Virus record (IMG/VR): IMGVR_UViG_3300017909_000948
Span: 1-26,417 of that record
Length of the DNA stretch: 26,417 bases
Reading direction: 5' to 3' (one strand)
DNA from: a virus
Taxonomy: Duplodnaviria > Caudoviricetes
Below are positions 1 to 5,686 of this stretch, piece after piece (positions within the stretch are counted from its first letter, which is position 1; each line of letters opens with the position of its first letter). The notes beneath the pieces are model-generated. The model was given only the letters and a program-made list of their open reading frames with translations. It was not told the origin of the DNA and did not search any database. A program made the translations under genes and the position numbers.

Positions 1-2
1 CG

Positions 3-542
3 ACAGAGGCCGGCGAATCTGATATAAACAAACTGGCAAGAGGCACACAAACACACTCATATACGCCCGATAGCACGATCTCTGAGCCGGCTGATCCATA
101 TAATGCAGTCTATCCACATAACAAAGTCTATAGCACTACCACACATATCAAGGAATACGATGACACAGCCGGCGCTGAACGTATACGTGAGCGACACAAG
201 TCCGGCACATTCTACCAAATAGCACCAAATGGCGATAAAACAACACATATTGTCAATGATAATTACACAGTCATAGCTGGTAAAGACAGTGTACACGTGA
301 CAGGTAATGTATTATTACAAATAGATAGCAATTGCACTACGAATATTGCCGGCGATTGGGATGTAAACGTCACAGGTAACGCAACAATTGATGCGGCTAC
401 CATTAATTTGAATAGTGGAACTAAGGGTGCAGCTCGTATAGGAGACACAGCTGACACCGGCGATGATCCACCAGGCATCTCAGGTAGTGATGGATCCAAC
501 GTCATTGAGACTGGTTCTAGCACTGTTTTTATTGGCGGTTAA
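3..542 (+). CDS. gp5: Baseplate hub/central spike protein gp5, C-terminal part (5'-truncated by window)
   Basis: The frame of ORF 297..542 is open back to base 3: TEAGESDINKLARG...YPHNKVYSTTTHIKEYDDTAGAERIRERHKSGTFYQIAPNGDK..., the typical T4 gp5 motif. It is followed by beta-helix-like V-x-G-N/D repeats and ends in GAARIGD...IETGSSTVFIGG. Confidence 0.9.
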   Translation, partial: TEAGESDINKLARGTQTHSYTPDSTISEPADPYNAVYPHNKVYSTTTHIKEYDDTAGAERIRERHKSGTFYQIAPNGDKTTHIVNDNYTVIAGKDSVHVTGNVLLQIDSNCTTNIAGDWDVNVTGNATIDAATINLNSGTKGAARIGDTADTGDDPPGISGSDGSNVIETGSSTVFIGG

Positions 543-554
543 CCAATTTTCCAC

Positions 555-583
555 TTGACATCCGGCCACTGTTGTGTTATACT
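555..583 (+). promoter_or_regulatory. Sigma70-type promoter
   Basis: TTGACA (555-560), 17-nt spacer, TG at 575-576 (extended -10), TATACT (578-583). Confidence 0.85.
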
Positions 584-589
584 GTGGTG

Positions 590-723
590 TAATCGGGTCG
601 TGCGTTAATACTGGTAACTCTTTCGTAGTCTACAAATGCAATAGACACTAGTGACATATATCGAAAGGCCACCCGTCAAACTCTAGCGGCTTACTTCTAA
701 AGCCATATTCGAAATTTTTTTCG
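590..723 (+). ncRNA. Candidate structured small RNA or 5' leader (unassigned)
   Basis: Non-coding stretch right after the promoter. Complementary segments: 594-598/671-675, 609-615/647-653, 628-632/642-646, 620-625/662-667, 601-606/635-640. A hairpin (688-692/700-704) precedes a T run. Confidence 0.4.
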
Positions 724-747
724 TGCTGGTATTATAAGTAAATAGGA

Positions 748-1077
748 ATGATAGTAAATATAACGAATAAAGCCAAACAACAGATTGACAACTTGTGTGA
801 AAAGAATGACAAGTGGGCTGTATCACTCAACATGAAAGGTGGTGGGTGTGCAGGATTTGAGTATACATGGGGATTCTTATCTTCAAGTGATGAGATGGAA
901 GACGATGACGAATGGGTGAATACGTATACTCATAGACTAGTCATTGGTGGTCCTTCTCTCATGTATCTAATGGGAACAACAATTGACTATAAAGAAGAAG
1001 TCTTTGGCAGTTCTTTCTCATTGGATAATCCAAACGCAAAGTCGTCCTGTGGTTGTGGCACAAGTATATCCATCTAG
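748..1077 (+). CDS. iscA: A-type iron-sulfur cluster carrier (HesB/IscA/ErpA family), auxiliary metabolic gene
   Basis: GGGCAGFEY motif, GTTIDYKEEVFGSSF, and C-terminal NPNAKSSCGCGTS; all three family cysteines present. Confidence 0.92.
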   Translation: MIVNITNKAKQQIDNLCEKNDKWAVSLNMKGGGCAGFEYTWGFLSSSDEMEDDDEWVNTYTHRLVIGGPSLMYLMGTTIDYKEEVFGSSFSLDNPNAKSSCGCGTSISI

Positions 1078-1101
1078 CAATGAACACAATTCGGTATACA
1101 T

Positions 1102-1917
1102 ATGGCTACCACAATGAAATTATTGAAAGCACAGTACATCCGTTGGCCTGAGTTCTATAAAGAATACTCTATTGCACAACTCGAAAACTTCTACGATTAT
1201 AATCGAATACGAAGAACAAAATCTCAGTCTTTTCGTTTAGACTGTTTAATGAAAGACTTAGACGAGAATGGACTACATGTTCCGATCATTGTCTCCTGGA
1301 ATGGTTATCGTGTCACCGTGGGACATCAACGTGTTTGGTATGCAAAACAACGAGGGTATACTCATATCTCTTGTTATCATATACCGAATCAAACGATACA
1401 GGATCGTATAATGAAAACGGATTACAGTGACGGATATTGGGAGAAACGCAAAGTCGAAGAAATGCATTTAGAATGTAATCCAAAAAATCTAGCCTTATTG
1501 AAATCCAGAGGTCATAAGGTAGAAAAAATTTCTTTAAAAAAAATCGAATGTATTGACACGAATACTCCAGCGGAAGATAAAAAAGCGATGGATGCGGCGT
1601 TAGTGAGTAGTATACCAAACGAGGGAATGTTATGGCCAATACTGATACGAAAGAAAACAGATCACATGTGGCAATGTGTTCAAAATAGATTTCAAAATGA
1701 TCATGCACCCTACGTTTGTTGGTATGGAAACAATCGATATCGTTATGCGATACGAAACAAATACGATACGATTGATGCGATACTCTGTGAGGGAACGACA
1801 GATGAAAGAAATGCTTTATGTAAGTTGATGGACATACCCGTTCGTGTTCATAATGAAATTGAAAATATCTGGTTAGAACGAGGAAGAAAAATCGTTGGTG
1901 CGACCACTCGGACTTGA
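1102..1917 (+). CDS. Protein with two tandem ParB/sulfiredoxin-like domains
   Basis: Two copies of the ParB/Srx core: LMKDLDENGLHVPIIV...VTVGHQRVWYAKQRG and LVSSIPNEGMLWPILIR...VCWYGNNRYRYAIRNK. No HTH evident. Confidence 0.7.
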   Translation: MATTMKLLKAQYIRWPEFYKEYSIAQLENFYDYNRIRRTKSQSFRLDCLMKDLDENGLHVPIIVSWNGYRVTVGHQRVWYAKQRGYTHISCYHIPNQTIQDRIMKTDYSDGYWEKRKVEEMHLECNPKNLALLKSRGHKVEKISLKKIECIDTNTPAEDKKAMDAALVSSIPNEGMLWPILIRKKTDHMWQCVQNRFQNDHAPYVCWYGNNRYRYAIRNKYDTIDAILCEGTTDERNALCKLMDIPVRVHNEIENIWLERGRKIVGATTRT

Positions 1918-1980
1918 ACCGAGAAGCCTAACGGCGACAGATTTTAAGTCTGTTGTGTTTACCTATTTCACCATGGTCGC
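1896..1980 (-). tRNA. trnL: tRNA-Leu (anticodon UAA)
   Basis: Reverse complement GCGACCA...ACAGA-CTTAAAA-TCTGT...long variable arm...GGTTCAAGTCC...TGGTCGC-A-CCA; 85 nt, CCA encoded. Confidence 0.96.
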
Positions 1981-1993
1981 AACGTCAACGAAT

Positions 1994-2070
1994 TGGCGAT
2001 TCCCGCAGGATTCGAACCTGCAACCTTCTGTTTAGAAGACAGATGCTCTCTCCAGTTGAGCTAGGGAACC
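1994..2070 (-). tRNA. trnR: tRNA-Arg (anticodon UCU)
   Basis: Reverse complement GGTTCCC-TAGCTCAACTGGAGAGAGC-A-TCTGT-CTTCTAA-ACAGA...GGTTCGAATCC...GGGAATC-G-CCA; 77 nt. Confidence 0.96.
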
Positions 2071-2081
2071 TATGACTACGA

Positions 2082-2450
2082 TTAGTTAATATACAAAGGA
2101 CCAGTCCATTGAATTGGATAGTTACCTGTTAGGACGTTACCTCGTGGTTGATTTAATGCAGGTTTGTTATAACCCGCAGCCTTGAGTACGTCACCTTTTT
2201 TGAAATGTTTAAAATCTTCTTTGGCGATAAAACAAAACACACCAGTATCCTGTACAATCTTAATGTACTTCTTACCTTCTGAGATTTTTGTTTTATTATC
2301 CCAATTTTCGTATTGTTCTTTTGAATATCCTGACAGTTTGTTTACGTCACCGTCACGTGTAGACATTCGTAGGTAATCTTGTTTGGCACCTGCCATCAGA
2401 TATGTAATACCTTCTTGGATTGAATTAGCACTTTTTGTTACTGTAATCAT
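2082..2450 (-). CDS. Conserved-looking phage hypothetical protein
   Basis: 122-aa ORF with AGGAG upstream; C-terminal KYIKIV...GDVLKAAGYNKPALNQPRGNV motif resembles small phage early proteins. Confidence 0.75.
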   Translation of the reverse strand: MITVTKSANSIQEGITYLMAGAKQDYLRMSTRDGDVNKLSGYSKEQYENWDNKTKISEGKKYIKIVQDTGVFCFIAKEDFKHFKKGDVLKAAGYNKPALNQPRGNVLTGNYPIQWTGPLYIN

Positions 2451-2468
2451 AATGTAGTCTCCTATTGG

Positions 2469-2771
2469 TTATCGTGTGTATAATGCAAATGATGTTGCAT
2501 GGTTCATGTGGATGTACGATTGATCTCTTTTATAATCAGATGTACTCGGACCTCTGTATCGATATCGAACGTTCATCGCATTTTTGTGACTAGTCACTTC
2601 TTTAAAGTAAGGAAGATACTTCATTGGTATATTCTTTGCAATGGCAACTTCATTACTCTTAAAAGGATTAATCATATATTTTGAGATGATTGGATTAACA
2701 ACTCTCTCAAAAACTTTTCTACGTCTATCTTTCTGTATCATTCTATTGTAAACTCTCAATGGTTCGTTCAT
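2469..2771 (-). CDS. Hypothetical basic protein
   Basis: 100-aa ORF coupled (TAATG) to the upstream gene; contains RYRYRGP. Confidence 0.7.
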   Translation of the reverse strand: MNEPLRVYNRMIQKDRRRKVFERVVNPIISKYMINPFKSNEVAIAKNIPMKYLPYFKEVTSHKNAMNVRYRYRGPSTSDYKRDQSYIHMNHATSFALYTR

Positions 2772-3001
2772 TAGTAATCGAAGATATCAAGTTCGTTAAG
2801 TTCATCGTTTGAAACAATATCGGCATCGATACTGTGTTCTTCAATATCAAACTCTTTCAAAAGAGAATCTATATTATCGTCTTCATAATTAGATTTTTGT
2901 TTTTTATCGTATATCATGGTATCTATATTATCAGGATAGTCGATATTGTCAAGGACATAATTGGTCATAATTGTCGCACCTTTCACTTTGTTTTTCATCA
3001 T
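2771..3001 (-). CDS. Small acidic hypothetical protein (true start possibly 2968)
   Basis: Asp/Glu-rich ORF, first gene after the minus-strand promoter; AAAGGTG precedes the ATG at 2968. Confidence 0.6.
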   Translation of the reverse strand: MMKNKVKGATIMTNYVLDNIDYPDNIDTMIYDKKQKSNYEDDNIDSLLKEFDIEEHSIDADIVSNDELNELDIFDY

Positions 3002-3012
3002 TTTATATACTC

Positions 3013-3041
3013 AATATACCAGGTTTCGTCTATAGTGTCAA
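3013..3041 (-). promoter_or_regulatory. Sigma70-type promoter for the three hypothetical genes and two tRNAs
   Basis: Minus strand TTGACA (3041-3036), 17-nt spacer ending TGG, TATATT (3018-3013). Confidence 0.8.
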
Positions 3042-3077
3042 TGGTTAATTTGGTTTATTTTGGTAAAAAACCCGAAT

Positions 3078-3092
3078 GTTCTCGTTATGTTC
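3078..3092. promoter_or_regulatory. Putative Alphaproteobacteria-type LexA (SOS) box
   Basis: GTTC-TCGTTAT-GTTC is an exact GTTC-N7-GTTC direct repeat, located in the intergenic region between divergent promoters. Confidence 0.55.
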
Positions 3093-3097
3093 CGTGG

Positions 3098-3118
3098 GGT
3101 GCGACACTATGTCGCACC
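3098..3118. repeat. Perfect inverted repeat (operator-like or hairpin)
   Basis: GGTGCGACA-CTA-TGTCGCACC; the half-site TGTCGCACCTT recurs at 2972-2982. Confidence 0.75.
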
Positions 3119-3121
3119 TTG

Positions 3122-3129
3122 TATAAATA
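3122..3129 (+). promoter_or_regulatory. T4-type late promoter
   Basis: TATAAATA (gp55 consensus) 5 nt before the ATG at 3135. Confidence 0.8.
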
Positions 3130-3134
3130 ACTAT

Positions 3135-3224
3135 ATGACTTGTAAAAATTGTGACCATAGCTGCCACTGTTCAAATGGAGGATCTTGTCAATCGTGCGAT
3201 TGTAAAAATTGCGAACATAATTAA
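3135..3224 (+). CDS. Metallothionein-like Cys/His-rich microprotein (29 aa)
   Basis: MTCKNCDHSCHCSNGGSCQSCDCKNCEHN*, 8 Cys and 3 His; follows a late promoter; too short for the ORF track. Confidence 0.75.
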   Translation: MTCKNCDHSCHCSNGGSCQSCDCKNCEHN

Positions 3225-3226
3225 TT

Positions 3227-3373
3227 ATGGCTAGAGTGAAATTTGATAAAGATAAACCCTCGCATGAGCATACTCACAAACATACATCTATAGGTGGAGG
3301 TAGAGTGAAGACTAGCTCGATGAATAAGTCCAAACGTAGATCGTATAAAAAGTACAACAGCCAAGGTCGATAA
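3227..3373 (+). CDS. Small basic protein (48 aa)
   Basis: MARVKFDKDKPSHEHTHKHTSIGGGRVKTSSMNKSKRRSYKKYNSQGR*; resembles the small KxYxGQG-ending proteins seen before gp25 in marine T4-like phages. Confidence 0.75.
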   Translation: MARVKFDKDKPSHEHTHKHTSIGGGRVKTSSMNKSKRRSYKKYNSQGR

Positions 3374-3388
3374 TCTTCAGATATAACA

Positions 3389-3396
3389 TATAAATA
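3389..3396 (+). promoter_or_regulatory. T4-type late promoter
   Basis: TATAAATA 5 nt before the gp25 ATG. Confidence 0.8.
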
Positions 3397-3401
3397 GTTG
3401 A

Positions 3402-3845
3402 ATGGCAATCTATTCAACTGGAAGTTATGACGCATCACGTACGAACAATAGTTCTCGTAGTGCTCGTATCTATAAAGATTTAAATCTCATCTTCTCACCA
3501 CATCCAAATACAAAAGATGTGACAAAGAAGACTGACATTGAAGCTGTCAAACAAAGTGTAAAGAATCTTATTCTCACAAAACACTACGAAAGACCTTTTC
3601 ATCCAGAGATTGGTTCAAACGTAACTGATATATTATTTGAACCAATGACACCATTGACTGCCAACTTATTAACGAAACAGATTTCTGAGGTCATCAATAA
3701 CTTTGAACCTCGTGCAAGATTGATAAGTGTAAATGCAAATCCACAATTGGATAGAAATGAATATGAGGTTACAATTCAGTTCTATGTAATTAATATACCA
3801 GGCGAACTTGTCACACTAACAACGTTCTTAGAAAGATTAAGATAA
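3402..3845 (+). CDS. gp25: Baseplate wedge subunit gp25
   Basis: YKDLNL...AVKQSVKNLILTKHYERPFHPEIGS...LFEP...NFEPRA...LERLR; immediately upstream of gp6. Confidence 0.95.
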   Translation: MAIYSTGSYDASRTNNSSRSARIYKDLNLIFSPHPNTKDVTKKTDIEAVKQSVKNLILTKHYERPFHPEIGSNVTDILFEPMTPLTANLLTKQISEVINNFEPRARLISVNANPQLDRNEYEVTIQFYVINIPGELVTLTTFLERLR

Positions 3846-5680
3846 TGGCAGAGAGACTAAACATTACGGAACTAGATTTTGATAACATCAAACAAAATCT
3901 AAAAACATATTTAAGCAAACAAAAAGAATTTACAGACTACGACTTCGAAGGTTCAGGTATGGCTGTATTGTTAGACTTGTTATCTTACAATACACACTAC
4001 AATGCTTTGTATTCGAACATGTTGGCAAACGAAATGTTTTTAGATTCTGCTGACTTACGTAACTCTGTCGTATCACATGCAAAACAAATTGGTTACACTG
4101 CAAGATCAGCTAGAGCACCAAAGGCTACATTGAACGTTACAGTCAATGATGCTACATCCGCAACTGTTACGATGGCAAAAGGTACAGCGTTCACTACAAC
4201 AATCGATGGTGTATCTTATCAGTACGTAACAAACAAAGCTGTATCGATTACACCAACAGATGGTGTGTATACTTTTTCTAACGTAGATGTATACGAAGGT
4301 ACTTTGGTGACAAACAAATATACTGTCGATACTTCAGATGCCAATCAAAGATTTCTAATTAAAAATATTAATGCAGATACATCGACATTAAAAGTTACAG
4401 TACAAACATCAGCCAGTGATAGCACAACAGAAACTTATACAGTGTCTACAGACTTTACAAGTGCAACTGGTGATTCTAAAATATTCTTTTTAGATGCTGT
4501 AGAAGATCAACAATATGAGATTACATTTGGTGATGGAATAATTGGTAAAGCATTAAGCAATGGTAATGTTGTCAACATAGAATACGTTGTAACCAATGGT
4601 GATGCAAGTAACAGTGCTACAACATTTGCAAGTGCAAGTTCAATTGATGGTTTCTCAAACATTACTGTAACTGTAGTTAGTAATAGTTTTGGTGGCGCAC
4701 CGGCAGAAGAAAACTCATCAATTAAATTCAATGCACCAAAAAGATATTCATCACAGAATAGAGCTGTGACAGTAGACGATTTCAAATCAATCGTTAGATC
4801 AATCTATCCTAACATACAATCAATTCGAGTATGGGGTGGAGAAGAAAACGATCCACCTGTGTATGGTAGAACATACATCTCAATCAAAGCAATCAGTGGA
4901 AGCAATATTACACAAGCTGTAAAAGATGATATTACAACTGAACTTAAAAAGTATATGGTTGCGTCTGTAACACCTGTGATCTCTGATCCAGAAACAATTT
5001 TCTTAGTTGTGGAAACAGATGTTAAGTATGATGCTAAAGTAACAAGTAAATCGACAGATGATATTAAACAACTTGTTCTAGCTACATTAACAAACTACAA
5101 CGACAATACACTTAAAAAGTTTGATGGTATACTTAGACATTCTAACTTAGTGAAAACAATCGATGATACTGATTCATCTATTTTAAGTAACTCAACAAAA
5201 TATAAAATGTACCAAGAAGTAACTCCTGTTACTACAAAGAAAGAAACGTACACAATTAAATTTAATAATGCATTGTATCATCCACACAGTGGTCACATGC
5301 CAATTGTATCTACGACTGGTTTTAAAATCAATGGCGATACAACTAACGAATACTTTTTAGATGATGATGGTAGTGGTAATGTTAGATTGTATTACAATAA
5401 AGATGATATTAAAACTTTTGCAAATACAACACAAGGTACAATTGATTATACAACTGGTGAAATTAAAATAAACGATTTATACATAACCTCTGTATCAAAC
5501 ATCAATGGTGCAGCTTCAACTGTCTTTAGATTAACAGTACAACCAGATTCAAAAGATATTAAATCTGTACGTAATCAAGTATTAGAATTTAATTTAAATG
5601 ATGCAACTGTAAATGTTACTGTAGACAATTTTGCTGAAACAGCAGGTGTAGGATACACAACAACATCATCGAATTATTAA
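3845..5680 (+). CDS. gp6: Baseplate wedge subunit gp6
   Basis: LDFDNIKQNLKTYL...DYDFEGSGMAVLLDLLSYNTHY...NEMFLDSA, FGDGIIGK, QNRAVTVDDF, VWGGEENDPPVYG. Confidence 0.95.
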   Translation: MAERLNITELDFDNIKQNLKTYLSKQKEFTDYDFEGSGMAVLLDLLSYNTHYNALYSNMLANEMFLDSADLRNSVVSHAKQIGYTARSARAPKATLNVTVNDATSATVTMAKGTAFTTTIDGVSYQYVTNKAVSITPTDGVYTFSNVDVYEGTLVTNKYTVDTSDANQRFLIKNINADTSTLKVTVQTSASDSTTETYTVSTDFTSATGDSKIFFLDAVEDQQYEITFGDGIIGKALSNGNVVNIEYVVTNGDASNSATTFASASSIDGFSNITVTVVSNSFGGAPAEENSSIKFNAPKRYSSQNRAVTVDDFKSIVRSIYPNIQSIRVWGGEENDPPVYGRTYISIKAISGSNITQAVKDDITTELKKYMVASVTPVISDPETIFLVVETDVKYDAKVTSKSTDDIKQLVLATLTNYNDNTLKKFDGILRHSNLVKTIDDTDSSILSNSTKYKMYQEVTPVTTKKETYTIKFNNALYHPHSGHMPIVSTTGFKINGDTTNEYFLDDDGSGNVRLYYNKDDIKTFANTTQGTIDYTTGEIKINDLYITSVSNINGAASTVFRLTVQPDSKDIKSVRNQVLEFNLNDATVNVTVDNFAETAGVGYTTTSSNY

Positions 5681-5686
5681 TGACCA

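Noticed and set aside
57-523. Minus-strand ORFs 57..296 and 263..523
   Set aside because: Antisense to the clear gp5 reading frame.
590-723. Assignment to hammerhead, twister, tmRNA or a known riboswitch
   Set aside because: No CTGANGA core, twister consensus loops, tRNA-like ends or cobalamin/SAM boxes recognised; left as unassigned.
733-740. TATAAGTA as a late promoter for iscA
   Set aside because: One mismatch to consensus in AT-rich sequence, and a strong sigma70 promoter already lies upstream; not supportable.
1102-1917. ParABS partition system
   Set aside because: No ParA ATPase, no HTH domain and no canonical parS palindrome visible.
1896-3106. Integration at tRNA-Leu (GGTGCGAC at 1897 matches 3098)
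   Set aside because: Only an 8-bp match, no integrase in the window, and the second copy is explained as a palindrome arm.
2834-3130. Plus-strand 98-aa hydrophobic ORF
   Set aside because: Antisense to the acidic gene and runs across the promoter/operator region; hydrophobicity reflects the AT-rich reverse strand.
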